A stretch of 64,000 nucleotides of DNA from an uncultured Thermus sp. (GCA_947085095.1 CAMTVD010000006.1:34587-98586); one strand, 5' to 3'; shown: positions 29,665 to 40,763, counted from the first letter of the stretch. Notes: a model not told the origin generated them from the letters alone. Translations and numbers: made by a program.

Positions 29665-31227
29665 ATGCTGCAGCGCCTCGAGGTGCAAAACCTCGCCGTC
29701 ATCCGCGAGGCGGTGCTGGAGCTTTCCCCGGGCCTCAACGTCCTCACCGGGGAGACGGGGGCGGGAAAGAGCCTCCTGGTGGACGCCCTGGCCCTCCTCC
29801 TCGGGGCCAAGGCGGAGGGGATGGTGGGCCCTTTTGGGGATAGCCTCCTGGTCACCGCCTTCTTCCAGGGCCAGGAGCATAGGGTCCTCTCCCGAAGGGT
29901 GGGAGCTCGCTCCACCCCCCGGATTGACGGGGAGGTGGTGAGCCTGAAGGAGCTGGAAGCCGAGGCGGAAAGGTGGCTCTCCCTCCACGCCCAGCACACC
30001 GCCTTGGCCCTCCTCTCCCCTAAGCGGCAGCGGGAGCTCCTGGACGCCCTGCTGAGCCCCGCCCTCCTTTCCAGCTACGGGGCGCTTTACGCCCGCAAGC
30101 AGGCCCTTCTCTCGGAGAAGCGGGCCCTCGAGGCGGCCCTTAGGGAAAAAAGGGCCCGGGAAGACCTCCTCCGCTTCCAGCTCAAGGAGATCGCCGAGGC
30201 CCGGATCCGGCTGGGGGAGGACCTGGAACTTTCGGAGGAGGCCAAGAAGCTCCGCCACCTGGAGGTTCTGAGGGAGCGGGCGGGAAGGGCCCACGCCCTC
30301 TTGGAGGAGGAGGCCCTCGAGGCCCTGGAGGCCGTCTTCCGGGAGCTTAGGGCCGGGGCCCGGTACGACCGGACCCTGGAGGCTTTGGCGGGGGACCTGG
30401 AGGCCGCCCTGGAAGGGGTGCGGGCGGTGGCCCAGGAGCTTTCCGGGTACCTGGAGGGCCTCGAGGGGGACCCGGAGCGCCTCGCCCAGCTGGAGGAAAG
30501 GCTTGCCCTTTTGGAGCGTCTCCAGCGCAAGTACGGCCCCACCCTGGAGGAGGTCCTGGCCTACGGGGAGAGGGCCAAGGAAGAGCTCGTCCGGCTGGAA
30601 GGGGGGGAGGCCCGGCTCGCCGAGGTGGAGAAGGAGCTGGAAGAGGTCATGAAGGCGCTCCTAAAGGCCGGGGAGGCCCTAAGCGAGGCCCGGGAAGAGG
30701 CGGCCAAGAGACTTATGGCGGGCATGGAGGAGGAGCTAAGGGAGCTTGGCTTCCCCAAGGCCCGTTTCCTGGTGGACCTGAAGCCCCTGCCAGAGCCCGG
30801 GCCCTTTGGCCTGGAGGAGGTGGCCTTCCGCTTCTCCGCCAACCCCCACCTCCCCCCGGCCCCCCTGGGGGCGATGAGCGGCGGGGAACTCTCCCGCATC
30901 GCCCTGGCCTTGGCCCTCCTCACCGGGGCCGAGGCCCCCACCGTGGTCTTTGACGAGGTGGACACGGGACTCGGGGGAGAGACCGCCTGGAAGGTGGCGG
31001 AGCGCCTGGCCCGCCTGGGGGAGACCCGGCAGGTCCTGGTGGTGACCCACCTGCCCCAGATCGCCGCCAGAGCCCACCGCCACCTGCGGGTGGCCAAGGA
31101 GGGGGAGGAGGTGCGCCTAGAGGTCCTGGAGGGAGAGGAACGGGTGCGGGAACTCGCCCGCCTCCTCTCCGGCCAGTACACGGAAGCCGCCCTCTCCCAC
31201 GCCAGGCTTCTCCTAAAGACCCCATGA
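29665..31227 (+). CDS. recN: DNA repair protein RecN
   Basis: TGETGAGKS, coiled coil, SGGELSR, FDEVDTG and VTHLPQIAA. Confidence 0.95.
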   Translation: MLQRLEVQNLAVIREAVLELSPGLNVLTGETGAGKSLLVDALALLLGAKAEGMVGPFGDSLLVTAFFQGQEHRVLSRRVGARSTPRIDGEVVSLKELEAEAERWLSLHAQHTALALLSPKRQRELLDALLSPALLSSYGALYARKQALLSEKRALEAALREKRAREDLLRFQLKEIAEARIRLGEDLELSEEAKKLRHLEVLRERAGRAHALLEEEALEALEAVFRELRAGARYDRTLEALAGDLEAALEGVRAVAQELSGYLEGLEGDPERLAQLEERLALLERLQRKYGPTLEEVLAYGERAKEELVRLEGGEARLAEVEKELEEVMKALLKAGEALSEAREEAAKRLMAGMEEELRELGFPKARFLVDLKPLPEPGPFGLEEVAFRFSANPHLPPAPLGAMSGGELSRIALALALLTGAEAPTVVFDEVDTGLGGETAWKVAERLARLGETRQVLVVTHLPQIAARAHRHLRVAKEGEEVRLEVLEGEERVRELARLLSGQYTEAALSHARLLLKTP

Positions 31228-32381
31228 GCCTCTTGGAGGCCCCCTACCCCGTCATCCTCCTGAAAGGGGAGGAGCGGGTGGCCAATCCCCTGGCCCAGGG
31301 CCTGCCCCTGCCCCACGGGGACCTCCTGGAATGGGAAGGCCGCGCCTACCGGGTGGCCCGCCTGGAAACCCCCGAGGGGACGTACTTGGTCCTTTTGGAG
31401 GTGAGCGACCTCCTTGTGCGGGCCAAGGCCTTTACCGGCCTCCTCCAGGTGCTCAAGGGCCTCATGCAGCACGAGGAGCCGGAAGGGCTTTTGCAGGACC
31501 TGATCCGGGAGGCGGTGGCCGTGGTGCCGGGAGCTGAGGCGGGGAGCGTCCTCCTGCGGGAAGGGGAGTACTTCTACCTGGGGGCCCAGGAAGGCTTTAG
31601 CCCCAGTCTCCTGGGGGTCCGCACCTCCTTGGAGGAGGAGCTGGCCTGGTACGGCCTGGGGGTGGACAACTGGGCCAAGGGCCGTCCCCGGATCCTCAAG
31701 GGGAAGGAGGTGAAAAGGCTCTCCTCCCTGAGCACGCTGGAGGCCCGCCCCGCCTTCTTTGAGCACGGCCGCCTGCAGGAGATACAGGCCACCTTAGGCC
31801 TGCCCATCGCCCTGGAGGGGGAGGTGCTGGCGGTCATGAACCTGGACAGCTTCCAAAGCCCCGAGGCCTTTGGCCCCCTCTCCCTGGAGCTGGCCCAGGC
31901 CTTCGCCCTCGAGGCCGCCCTCCTCCTCAAGGCCCTAAAAGAACGCCAAGCCCTGCAAGAGGCCGCCCGCACCGATGCCCTCACCGGCCTCCTGAACCGC
32001 CGGGCCCTGGAGGAAATCCTGCCGGAGATCCGTCAGGAGGCCCTGACCCTGGGGGAGCCCCTCACCCTCATCTACTGGGACCTGAACGGCCTCAAGGCCA
32101 TCAACGACCGGGAAGGCCACGCCGCCGGGGACCAGGCCCTAAAGAGTCTGGCCCAGGCCCTAAAGCGCCTCTCCCGGCAACGGGACCTGGCCTTCCGCCT
32201 GGGGGGAGACGAGTTCGTGAGCCTGCACCTGGGCCTAGGGGAAGAGGACGCCCGCGCCCTGATCCTGAGGCTCCGGGAAAGCCTGCCCTATGGGGTGGCC
32301 GCCGGAAGCCTGGAGGTGGGGGAAGGAAGCCTGGAAGACCTTCTGGCCGAGGCCGACCGCCGCATGTACCGGGACAAGTAG
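31224..32381 (+). CDS. GAF-GGDEF diguanylate cyclase
   Basis: GAF-like region; DALTGLLNRR, DLNGLK.IND..GH..GD, RQRD I-site and RLGGDEF. Confidence 0.9.
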   Translation: MSLLEAPYPVILLKGEERVANPLAQGLPLPHGDLLEWEGRAYRVARLETPEGTYLVLLEVSDLLVRAKAFTGLLQVLKGLMQHEEPEGLLQDLIREAVAVVPGAEAGSVLLREGEYFYLGAQEGFSPSLLGVRTSLEEELAWYGLGVDNWAKGRPRILKGKEVKRLSSLSTLEARPAFFEHGRLQEIQATLGLPIALEGEVLAVMNLDSFQSPEAFGPLSLELAQAFALEAALLLKALKERQALQEAARTDALTGLLNRRALEEILPEIRQEALTLGEPLTLIYWDLNGLKAINDREGHAAGDQALKSLAQALKRLSRQRDLAFRLGGDEFVSLHLGLGEEDARALILRLRESLPYGVAAGSLEVGEGSLEDLLAEADRRMYRDK

Positions 32382-32382
32382 C

Positions 32383-32994
32383 CTAAAGCAGGCCCCTAAC
32401 CCCACTGGCCACGTACTGCACCGCCAAAGCCGCCAGGAGAACGCCAAGGACCCGGGTCACCACGTTGACCCCCGTGCGCCCCAGGGCCCGGCGCACCCCG
32501 GCGGCCGCCCGCAGGAAGAGGTAGGCCAGGGCCAGGACCAAAAAGGCGGTGAGGAGGACGATTCCCACCCCGAAGGGCACCCGGCCCGCCTCCGCCCCCA
32601 GGACCAGGACGCTGGCCAAGGCCCCGGGACCGGCGATCAGGGGAATGGCCAGGGGAAAGACGGAGATGTCCGCCCGCTCCAGGGCCTCCTTGGCCTCCTC
32701 CTCCGTCTCCCGCTGGTGGTGGGCGAAGACCATCTCGGTGGCGATGCGGAAAAGGAGGATCCCCCCCGCCACCTTTAGTGCGTCCAGGCTGATGCCCAGG
32801 TAGGAGAGGAGCTCCCGCCCGAAAAAGTAAAAGAAGGTGAGGAGCCCCGCCGCCACCAGCACCGCCTTTCTGGCGATGCGGGCCTGCTCCTGGGGAGAGC
32901 GCTCCCCGGCCAAGGCCAGGAAGACAGGCACCAGCCCCACCGGGTCCATGACCACGAAGAGGGTGAGGAAGGACTTGAGGAAAAACTCCAGCAC
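32383..32994 (-). CDS. MarC family membrane protein
   Basis: [27 protein letters not shown] and TRVLGVLL. Confidence 0.92.
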   Translation of the reverse strand: MLEFFLKSFLTLFVVMDPVGLVPVFLALAGERSPQEQARIARKAVLVAAGLLTFFYFFGRELLSYLGISLDALKVAGGILLFRIATEMVFAHHQRETEEEAKEALERADISVFPLAIPLIAGPGALASVLVLGAEAGRVPFGVGIVLLTAFLVLALAYLFLRAAAGVRRALGRTGVNVVTRVLGVLLAALAVQYVASGVRGLL

Positions 32995-32998
32995 GGGG

Positions 32999-33475
32999 CT
33001 ACTTCAACCGCCTTCCCGCCAAGAGAAGCTCGCCAAACTCCTCCTCGAGGACCCTGGCCCCCTCCTCCGTGCGGGCCACCACCAGGATGGTGTCCTCCCC
33101 CGCCAGGGTGCCCACGATCTCGTCCCGCTTGAGGCGGTCCATGAGAAGGGCGATGCCCGAGGCGTGTCCCTCAGCGGTCTTGACCACCAGGATGTTCCCC
33201 CCCCGGTCCACGTCCTTCACGAAAAGGCCAAACTGGCGCTTCAACTCCTCGTACACGTCCTCGGGAAGCTCCATGGAGGGAAGGACGTACTTGTGCCGCC
33301 CCTTGCCCAAGGCGATGCGGGCCAGGCGGAGCTGGGCGATGTCCCGGCTCACGGTGGCCTGGGTCACGTCAAAGCCCAGCTGGCGAAGCCTCTCCACCAG
33401 CTCCTTTTGGGTGCCGATCTCCTCCCGGCGTACGATTTCCTGGATGGTGCGGTGCCGCTCCTCTTTGCTGCGCAT
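32999..33475 (-). CDS. argR: Arginine repressor
   Basis: [15 protein letters not shown] and GTLAGEDT. Confidence 0.95.
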   Translation of the reverse strand: MRSKEERHRTIQEIVRREEIGTQKELVERLRQLGFDVTQATVSRDIAQLRLARIALGKGRHKYVLPSMELPEDVYEELKRQFGLFVKDVDRGGNILVVKTAEGHASGIALLMDRLKRDEIVGTLAGEDTILVVARTEEGARVLEEEFGELLLAGRRLK

Positions 33476-33479
33476 ATCC

Positions 33480-34676
33480 CTACCCCAAAGGTTTCCAAAA
33501 CTCTTTGACCAAGTCCAGTATACGGTCTGCCACCCGGCGCTTCTCCATCCGGGGGAGCTCCAGCACCCGGCCGTCTTTGGCGAGGAGGACCACCTCGTTC
33601 TCAGGGCTGCCGAAGCCCACCCCCTGCCGGTTCACCCAGTTCAGGGCGACGAGGTCCAGGTTTTTGCGGCGAAGCTTCTCCTGGGCCCGGGTAAGCCCCT
33701 CCGCCGTTTCCATGGCAAAGCCCACCAGAACCTTCCCCCCCTTCCTCTCCCCCAGCTCCTTCAAGATGTCGGGGTTGGGAAGAAGGCGCAAGGTCTTTTC
33801 CGCTGCCACCTTGGGCTCCTTCTCCCGGGAAACCTCCGCCGGGCGGTAGTCGGCCACCGCCGCCGCCATGACCACCGCCTCCGCCCAGGGGTAGCGGGCC
33901 AGGATGGCCTCTCGCATCTCCAGGGCGCTTTCCACCCGCACCACCTCCACCCCCCAAGGGTCTTTGAGGCAGGTGGGGCCAGAAACCAGCACCACCTCTG
34001 CCCCCCGGTCCCGAGCGGCCTCGGCCACGGCGTAGCCCATCCGCCCCGAGGAGGGGTTGGAGAGGAAGCGCACCGGGTCCAGGTACTCCCGGGTGGGCCC
34101 GGCGGAGACCAGAAGGCGGAGGCCCAGGAGGTCCTTGGGGGTGAGGAGGGCCTCGAGGCGCTCCACAAGCTCCTCGGGCTCCAGCATCCGCCCCCACCCC
34201 TCCCCCTCCCCCACCGCCGCCAGGGGGCCGTAGCCGGGACCGAAGAGGGCGTGGCCCAGGGCCTTCAGCCGCTCGGCGTGGCCCTGGGTCTGAGGGGAGA
34301 GCCACATGGCCTCGTTCATGGCCGGGGCCCAGGCCACCCCCTTGGCCCCCGCCAGCAGGGTGGCGGAAAGAAGGTCGTCCGCCAGGCCCAAGGCGGCCTT
34401 GGCCATGGCGTCGGCGGTGGCCGGGGCCACCAGGACCACCTCGGCCCAGCGGGCCAAATCTATGTGCAGGGCCCGGCCGTCGGGGCGGAACCAGGCCTCC
34501 TCCGTGGCCACCTCCCCCCCGGCGGCCACCGCCAAGGAGAGGGGGGTGATGAACTCCAGGGCCCTAGGGGTCGCCAAGACCCGCACCTCGTGCCCCCTGG
34601 CCCTGAGGAGGCGGAGCAGGTGGGGGGCCTTGATGGCCGCCACCCCACCCGTCACCGCCACCAAGACCCGGGCCAC
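33480..34676 (-). CDS. coaBC: Phosphopantothenoylcysteine decarboxylase/synthetase
   Basis: [44 protein letters not shown] and VGFA.ET. Confidence 0.95.
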   Translation of the reverse strand: MARVLVAVTGGVAAIKAPHLLRLLRARGHEVRVLATPRALEFITPLSLAVAAGGEVATEEAWFRPDGRALHIDLARWAEVVLVAPATADAMAKAALGLADDLLSATLLAGAKGVAWAPAMNEAMWLSPQTQGHAERLKALGHALFGPGYGPLAAVGEGEGWGRMLEPEELVERLEALLTPKDLLGLRLLVSAGPTREYLDPVRFLSNPSSGRMGYAVAEAARDRGAEVVLVSGPTCLKDPWGVEVVRVESALEMREAILARYPWAEAVVMAAAVADYRPAEVSREKEPKVAAEKTLRLLPNPDILKELGERKGGKVLVGFAMETAEGLTRAQEKLRRKNLDLVALNWVNRQGVGFGSPENEVVLLAKDGRVLELPRMEKRRVADRILDLVKEFWKPLG

Positions 34677-34979
34677 CTAACCCTCCTCTTCCGCCACGGG
34701 ATAGAGCCTTTCCATCTCCTTCTGCAAGCGGTCCTCGGGCACCAGGTTCTCCCCGAAGACCAGCCTGCCCGAGGAGAGCTCCTTCATGGCCCAGGTGACG
34801 GCGTTGGGGTCATCGTAGAGGCCCTCGAGGGTGCGCATCTTGGGCCTCTCCTCCGGCTCCAAGACCGTGTTCTTGAAGCGGTGGCGAAGGAGCTGCTGGG
34901 CCCTCTTGGCCACCACCACCGTGAGCCGATACTTGGAGTCCACCATGCCAAAAAGCCTGTCAATGCCCGGTTCCGCCAT
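34677..34979 (-). CDS. rpoZ: RNA polymerase omega subunit
   Basis: MAEPGID...[17 protein letters not shown]; gmk-rpoZ-coaBC synteny. Confidence 0.95.
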   Translation of the reverse strand: MAEPGIDRLFGMVDSKYRLTVVVAKRAQQLLRHRFKNTVLEPEERPKMRTLEGLYDDPNAVTWAMKELSSGRLVFGENLVPEDRLQKEMERLYPVAEEEG

Positions 34980-35622
34980 ACTTCCTCCTCAGAATCTCGT
35001 CCAGATCAGCTTCCAAAACTTCATCGCGCCTTAAGGCCGCTTCCAAGGCCTTTTGCATCCGCTTTTGCCGGCGGCGCTCTGCGGTGAGAATGGCCAGGAA
35101 ATCCGCCACCGCCTCCTCCAGAACGTCGTTCACCACCACGTAGTCAAAGAGGTGGGCGTTCTTTATCTCCCATTCCGCCTGCTTCAGGCGCTTTTCTATC
35201 TTCTCCGGACCATCCGTACCCCGGTACACCAGGCGCCTCTTCAGCTCGGAGAGGGAGGGGGGAAGGAGGAAGATGAGGACCGCCTGGGGCACCTTGTCCT
35301 TCACCTGCAGGGCCCCCTGGACCTCAATCTCCAGAAGGACGTCCTCTCCCCGCTCCAGGGCCCGCATCACCGGGGCCTTGGGGGTGCCGTACAGGTGGCC
35401 CACATACTCGGCGTGCTCCAAAAACCCTCCCTCGGCCAAAAGGGCCTCAAAGGTGGGGCGGTCCACAAAGTAGTAGTCCACCCCGTGCCGCTCCCCTGGA
35501 CGGGGGGGACGGGTGGTCATGGAGATGGAGTAGAAGAGGCGGGTGCGCTCCAAGACCTTGGCCCGCACCGTGCCCTTACCCACCCCGCTGGCCCCGGTCA
35601 TGACGAAAAGGCGGCCCCCCAT
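34960..35622 (-). CDS. gmk: Guanylate kinase
   Basis: [24 protein letters not shown] and YGTP. Alternative GTG start at 35631. Confidence 0.95.
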   Translation of the reverse strand: MGGRLFVMTGASGVGKGTVRAKVLERTRLFYSISMTTRPPRPGERHGVDYYFVDRPTFEALLAEGGFLEHAEYVGHLYGTPKAPVMRALERGEDVLLEIEVQGALQVKDKVPQAVLIFLLPPSLSELKRRLVYRGTDGPEKIEKRLKQAEWEIKNAHLFDYVVVNDVLEEAVADFLAILTAERRRQKRMQKALEAALRRDEVLEADLDEILRRKYGGTGH

Positions 35623-35713
35623 ACCCTCCACCCCGGAAGGATACCAGAGGCCTCATCCCCCCACAAGGAGTTTTGTGACATGGGCACCTTTTCCCTGTGG
35701 TACACTTCCCCCC

Positions 35714-37141
35714 GTGGCCTGGTACGAGGGCACCTTCTTCTATCAAATCTTCCCCGACCGCTTCTTCCGGTCAGGCCCCCCGGGCAAGCCCGCCCCCACG
35801 GGGCCCCTTGAGCCCTGGGAGGCCCCGCCCACCCTGAGGGGTTTCAAAGGGGGCACCCTGTGGGGCGTGGCGGAAAAGATCGCTTACCTGGTGGACCTGG
35901 GGGTGGAGGCCCTCTACCTAAATCCCATCTTCGCCTCCACCGCCAACCACCGCTACCACACCACGGACTACTTCCAGGTGGACCCCGTTCTTGGGGGTAA
36001 CGCCGCCCTTCGGCACCTCCTGGAGGTGGCCCACGCCCACGGGATAAGGGTGATCCTGGACGGGGTCTTCAACCACACGGGCCGGGGCTTCTTCGCCTTC
36101 CAGCACCTCCTGGAAAACGGGCCGGAAAGCCCCTACCGGGACTGGTACTACGTGAAGGGCTTCCCCCTAAAGGCCTACAGCCCCCACCCCAACTACGAGG
36201 CCTGGTGGGGCAACCCCGAACTCCCCAAGCTGAAGGTGGAAACCCCGGCGGTGCGGGAGTACCTCTTCTCCGTGGCCGAACACTGGGTGCGCTTCGGGGC
36301 GGACGGGTGGCGGCTGGACGTGCCCAACGAGATCCCAGACCCCCAGTTCTGGCGGGCCTTCCGCCTTCGGGTGAAGGGGGCAAACCCCGAGGCCTACATC
36401 GTGGGGGAGATCTGGGAAGAGGCGGATTCCTGGCTCCAGGGGGACATGTTTGACGCCACCATGAACTACCCCCTCTCCCGGGCCATCCTGGGCTTCGTGG
36501 GGGGGGAGGTCCTGGACCGGGAACTGGCGGGGCGCACCGGCCTGGGGCGGGTGGAACCCCTTCAGGCCCTGGCCTTCAGCCACCGGCTGGAAAGCCTCTT
36601 CAGCCGTTACCGCCCCGAGGTGGTCCGGGCCCAGATGAACCTCCTCACCTCCCACGACACCCCCAGGCTCCTCACCCTTCTCCAGGGGGACACGGCCCGG
36701 GCCCGGCTCGCCCTTTCCCTCCTCTTCCTGCTTCCGGGCAACCCCACGGTCTACTACGGGGAGGAGATCGGGATGGAAGGGGGGCACGACCCGGAGAACC
36801 GGGGCGGGATGGTCTGGGAGGAAGAGCGCTGGAAAAAGGAGATCCGGGAGGCCGTGAAGCGCCTGGCCCGCCTCCGCAAGGAGCACCCCGAGCTCCGCAC
36901 CGCCCCCTATACCCGCATCTACGCCGTGGACGGCCACCTGGCCTTCACCCGGGGGCCCTACCTGGTGGTGGTGAACGCCACCCCCTTCCCCTTCCGCCAG
37001 GACTTCCCCCTGCACGGGGCCCTGCCCCGGGGAGCCCAGGCGGTGGACCTCCTCTCCGGGGCGGTCTGCACCCCCATGGGGGGTCGGCTCTGCGGCCCCG
37101 AGCTTCCCCCCTTCTCCGTGGCCGTCTGGGTGGAGGTCTAA
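35714..37141 (+). CDS. GH13 neopullulanase/cyclomaltodextrinase-like enzyme (cytoplasmic)
   Basis: YQIFPDRF, DGVFNH, DGWRLDVPNE, GEIW and SHD; TACACT lies 7 nt before the GTG. Confidence 0.9.
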   Translation: MAWYEGTFFYQIFPDRFFRSGPPGKPAPTGPLEPWEAPPTLRGFKGGTLWGVAEKIAYLVDLGVEALYLNPIFASTANHRYHTTDYFQVDPVLGGNAALRHLLEVAHAHGIRVILDGVFNHTGRGFFAFQHLLENGPESPYRDWYYVKGFPLKAYSPHPNYEAWWGNPELPKLKVETPAVREYLFSVAEHWVRFGADGWRLDVPNEIPDPQFWRAFRLRVKGANPEAYIVGEIWEEADSWLQGDMFDATMNYPLSRAILGFVGGEVLDRELAGRTGLGRVEPLQALAFSHRLESLFSRYRPEVVRAQMNLLTSHDTPRLLTLLQGDTARARLALSLLFLLPGNPTVYYGEEIGMEGGHDPENRGGMVWEEERWKKEIREAVKRLARLRKEHPELRTAPYTRIYAVDGHLAFTRGPYLVVVNATPFPFRQDFPLHGALPRGAQAVDLLSGAVCTPMGGRLCGPELPPFSVAVWVEV

Positions 37142-37581
37142 AGGGCCCCCTCAAAGCGCAAGAGCCAAAGCTTCAGCCCCTCCTGCCCGGCGAACCCCCC
37201 AAGCCGCCCATCGGCATGGATAACCCGGTGGGCAGGCACCAAGAGGAGGAAAGGGCAGGTGCGAAGGGCCATCCCCACCGCCCGGGGGGGGAGGCCCAGG
37301 GCCCTTCCCAAGGAGCCATAGCTGGCGGTCTTTCCGTAGGGGACCCGGCGGGTGGCCTCGTAGACCGCCACCCGCCAAGGGCTCAAGCCCGAATAATCCA
37401 GAGGGATACTCAGGAAATCCGGCCTTTCCCCGCGGAAGTACCGGGCCACGCCCTCAGCCACCCGCTCCGCCAAAGGCCCCTCCGCCTCCTGGCCCCGGGG
37501 AAAGAGGACAGGCTCCAGACACCGCACCCCTTTTGCGGAAACCTCCAGCCAAAGGGGGCCGATGGGGGTAGGAAGAAGCAT
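37138..37581 (-). CDS. Alkyltransferase-like (ATL) protein of the Ogt fold
   Basis: VPYG.T.SY, RAVG.A and PAHRV (Ala in place of the active-site Cys). Confidence 0.88.
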   Translation of the reverse strand: MLLPTPIGPLWLEVSAKGVRCLEPVLFPRGQEAEGPLAERVAEGVARYFRGERPDFLSIPLDYSGLSPWRVAVYEATRRVPYGKTASYGSLGRALGLPPRAVGMALRTCPFLLLVPAHRVIHADGRLGGFAGQEGLKLWLLRFEGAL

Positions 37582-37588
37582 GCTACGC

Positions 37589-38656
37589 TCAGCGCAGGGC
37601 TAAGGCGGGAGGGGAAGCCTGGCCGATGAGGAGGTCGGAGAGGGAGGTGCCGGGGAAGTAATGGCCCAGGATTTCCCGGTAGCCGAAGCCCGCCTCGGCC
37701 ATCCCCCTGGCCCCCCACTGGGAGAGGCCCACCCCGTGCCCCGCCCCCTGGCCCACCGCCTCAAAGCCCTGGAAATCCGCCAAGGCCGAGGGCAGGCCCA
37801 TGAGGCGCAGGAGGCGCTGGGCCTCGGGTCCCCGCACCTCCACCCCCAGAAGGCGCACCCGCCAGACCCGCCCCGAGGGGCTCCGCTCCAACACCTGGGG
37901 GAGGTCCCGGCCCTTGGGGGCAAGGCCCAGGGCTAAGAGGGCCCGCTCTGCCTGGGCAGGGCTCACCTGGCGGCGCCAAGGGCTTTTGCGGGCGTAGGGG
38001 TCGGGCCGGGGACGCAGGTAGGGGAGGGCCCTTTGGAAGACCTCCTCGCTTCCCGCCGTCATCCCCCCAGAGTCAGCGTGGTAGAGGGCGGAGATGGCCT
38101 GGCCCCCGTAGCTCAGCACCTGGCTCCGGGTGGCGGCCACGGCCTCCTTGTACCTGGGCTTCTCCGCCGAAAGCCCCAGGTACACCTGGCAGAGCTCGCT
38201 GGCGCAGAGGTCATAGGGGGCCCTGGGGTTCAGGCGGTGCACCGCGAAGGTGCGGGCCACCACCGCCTGGGCCTTTAAGGCCTCCATGGGAAACCCCTCG
38301 GGCATCTCCCCGGGCAAGACCCCGAGGAGGTAGTCCTCCAGGGGAACCAGGTTGACCACCAGGAGCCTCTCCCCCTGGGGCACCAGGCGCACCCCGCCCC
38401 GGTAGGCCCGGCCCTCGAGGGCGAAGTGGGGAAGGGCGAGGTCCCAATAGGGGTAGACCCTACCCTCCACCACCACCCCTTCCCCACCCCCAAAGGCCCG
38501 CACCTCCCCCTCCGGGGTCTTCAGGACCACCTCCTGCCCCCGGGCCACCTCCTTGAGGAGCACCCGGAGGTAAAGGTCCTTCTCCTGGCTTTGGGCCGGC
38601 CCCAGGGCCAGGGATAAGGCCAAGAGGCTCAGGAGGAGAACAGCCTGGCGTTTCAT
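37589..38656 (-). CDS. SpoIID/LytB domain protein (exported)
   Basis: Signal peptide; LEDYLLGV..GEM, EALKAQAV.ART, CQVY and GHGVGLSQWGA. Confidence 0.9.
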   Translation of the reverse strand: MKRQAVLLLSLLALSLALGPAQSQEKDLYLRVLLKEVARGQEVVLKTPEGEVRAFGGGEGVVVEGRVYPYWDLALPHFALEGRAYRGGVRLVPQGERLLVVNLVPLEDYLLGVLPGEMPEGFPMEALKAQAVVARTFAVHRLNPRAPYDLCASELCQVYLGLSAEKPRYKEAVAATRSQVLSYGGQAISALYHADSGGMTAGSEEVFQRALPYLRPRPDPYARKSPWRRQVSPAQAERALLALGLAPKGRDLPQVLERSPSGRVWRVRLLGVEVRGPEAQRLLRLMGLPSALADFQGFEAVGQGAGHGVGLSQWGARGMAEAGFGYREILGHYFPGTSLSDLLIGQASPPALALR

Positions 38657-38674
38657 ACCTCCCGTACCATCCTA

Positions 38675-40129
38675 TCACTCCAGCACCAGGACCGCCCGTC
38701 CCTCCAAAGGGGCTTCCCGAAGCGTTCGCAGAGCGTCCCCGTGGCGCAGGGCGTACATGGCGAAGGGGTAGACCCGCTCCTGGGGGAGGCCCAGGGGCCT
38801 GAGGTGGCGCTTCAGGCGCTCCAAATGGTGGAGGAGGGTAGCGTCCTTTTGCAGTCTGGCCCGGAGGAGCTTTTTCAAAAGCCTCTCCCCTTCCCCCTTA
38901 AGCCTCGCCCGATAGCGGCGGAAGGGGCGGTCCAGGGTGGGCTCCAGGGCCTTGGCCCTCTCCGCCAGGGCCTCCACCTCCTGGAGAAGCCGGGACATCT
39001 CCCCCTCCACCTCCCTAAAGCCCTCCATCACCCCCCTGGCCGCCTGCAGAAAGGCCTCCTCCCCCCGGTCCACGAAGGCCCAGGGGTCCAGGCCGTACCG
39101 TCGGAGGATGCGCGCCGCAGGGGGCTCCAGGACCACCCCCTGGACCCTTAGGAAGAGGGCGGGCATGGGGAGGCCGTAAAGGGCGTAGACCTGGGAAAGC
39201 TCCGCCACGTAGCGGAACTCGTTGGGCCCCACCACGAAGCCCCCCGTGGGCAGGATGAGGTCCTGGAAGATGGGTCTCAGACCGGCCGCCGGGGTAAGGC
39301 GGGAAGGGTCGGCCCGCACCACCTCCAGAAGCTCCTTCCGGGTGTAGCTCCGCACCCCGTCGCTGAAGACCCCCCCGTGGTAGAAGAGGAGCCTGCGGGC
39401 ATCGGTCTCCAGGAAGAGGTTGGTGGCCCCGGGCTTGCGCCCCAGGGGGGGCCTCCCCCCCAGGGCCCGGATGCGGGCCGCCTCCCGGTTGATGGCCTCG
39501 GCGCTGGCCAGGGGGTCAGCAAGCTCCCGCTCCAGGGCCTCCCGGAAAAGGGGGGCAAGCTCCTCGGCCATGGGGTCAAAGGGAAGAAGGCCCCGTTCCC
39601 CCAGAAAGGCCAGGAGGAGGCGGGCGAAGAACTCGGAGAGGGTCCTCCCCTCGAGGGCGTAGGCCACCCGGGCTTCCTTGGCCCAGGAGCCCAGGAAGCC
39701 CACCAGGGCCTCCCGGTAGGGGGCCAAGGGGATCCGCCCCGCAGGCAGGGAGGGGAGGGAAAGGGAAAGGGTCTGGACCTCCTCACCCCGAAGGAGGTGG
39801 AGGTGGCGCACCTCCTCCACATCGGGGTCCTGGGAGGCCACCCAGAAAACCCCCGCCGCCCCCACCTCCTCCGCTAGGGCCAAGGCGGTGTGGGCCTTGT
39901 AGAAGCTGAGGGCGGGGCCGCCCAAAAGCCCCGCCTGCTGGCCCGCCACCACCGCCCCCACCCCCAGGCGCTCCAGGGCGGCCAAGGCCTCCTTAGGGGC
40001 GGAAAGACGCTTCAGGTAAGCCCTTAAGGCCTCCAGAAGCTGGGGATGGCCCTGGCGGCGGAGGCGGGCCCTCAGGGCCGGCCTCCCCTGGGGCAGGTCC
40101 AGGAGCCGGGCCAGCAGGGCGGGTTCCAC
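38675..40129 (-). CDS. bshC: Bacillithiol biosynthesis protein BshC
   Basis: VVAGQQAGLLGGP...YK, FW, LRP..QD..LPT, GP.E..Y and PQER. Confidence 0.85.
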   Translation of the reverse strand: MEPALLARLLDLPQGRPALRARLRRQGHPQLLEALRAYLKRLSAPKEALAALERLGVGAVVAGQQAGLLGGPALSFYKAHTALALAEEVGAAGVFWVASQDPDVEEVRHLHLLRGEEVQTLSLSLPSLPAGRIPLAPYREALVGFLGSWAKEARVAYALEGRTLSEFFARLLLAFLGERGLLPFDPMAEELAPLFREALERELADPLASAEAINREAARIRALGGRPPLGRKPGATNLFLETDARRLLFYHGGVFSDGVRSYTRKELLEVVRADPSRLTPAAGLRPIFQDLILPTGGFVVGPNEFRYVAELSQVYALYGLPMPALFLRVQGVVLEPPAARILRRYGLDPWAFVDRGEEAFLQAARGVMEGFREVEGEMSRLLQEVEALAERAKALEPTLDRPFRRYRARLKGEGERLLKKLLRARLQKDATLLHHLERLKRHLRPLGLPQERVYPFAMYALRHGDALRTLREAPLEGRAVLVLE

Positions 40130-40139
40130 GCTTCAAAGC

Positions 40140-40763
40140 CTAAAGGGCCTCGCTCAAGCGGGCAAGGGCCTTGGGGTCGCGAACCTCCACCCGGCGGTAG
40201 CCCAGGTCCACCACCCCTTGCAGGGCCCACTCCCCCAGGAGCTTGGTCACCGTCTCCCGGGTGGCCCCCACCATGCGGGCCAGGTCCTGGTGGGAAAGCC
40301 CCACCTCCCCCGCCGCCCCCAGGTCCAAAAGGAGCCGGGCCAGGCGCTGGGCCACGGAGAGGTGGCGCACCTCCCAAAGCCGCTCCTCCGCCGCCTTGAG
40401 GCGGGCGTAAAGGGCTTTCAGGAACAAGGCCTGGGTCTCCGGGAAGCTGGCCACCAGGGCAAGGAGGGGCTCCTTGGGGGCGAAAAGGAGCTCAGCGTAG
40501 GTGAGGGCCGTGGCCCCACCCGTGCGCCTCCTCTCCCCCACCAAGGCCTCCTCCCCCAGAAGCCCCCCCGGGCCCACCACCCCCAAGGTGGCGGCCTCCT
40601 CCCCCGGGCCGGAGCGTTCCAGCCACACAAGCCCCTCCCGCACCAGGTAAAGCCCGTCTGCCGCCTCCCCCGCCCTGTAGAGGACAGCTCCCCGCCTGAC
40701 CCTCAGGGGCTGGAAGGCCCGGGCCGCCGCCTGGCGGGCCTCGAGGCCAAGCTCCTGGAACAT
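40140..40763 (-). CDS. Crp/Fnr family transcriptional regulator
   Basis: cNMP-binding fold (GEEAL) plus HTH SHQDLARMVGATRETVTK. Confidence 0.92.
   Translation of the reverse strand: MFQELGLEARQAAARAFQPLRVRRGAVLYRAGEAADGLYLVREGLVWLERSGPGEEAATLGVVGPGGLLGEEALVGERRRTGGATALTYAELLFAPKEPLLALVASFPETQALFLKALYARLKAAEERLWEVRHLSVAQRLARLLLDLGAAGEVGLSHQDLARMVGATRETVTKLLGEWALQGVVDLGYRRVEVRDPKALARLSEAL

Noticed and set aside
33069..35087. Long 672-aa plus-strand ORF, and similar ones such as 43937-45859, 48951-50456, 4542-5882 and 62362-63585
   Set aside because: These are antisense shadows of well-supported genes. Stop codons are scarce in GC-rich DNA and the translations have no recognisable motifs.
35662..35690. 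CRP/Rex-like site TTTTGTGACATGGGCAC between gmk and the GH13 gene
   Set aside because: The second half-site and spacing match poorly; it could simply be a -35 element.
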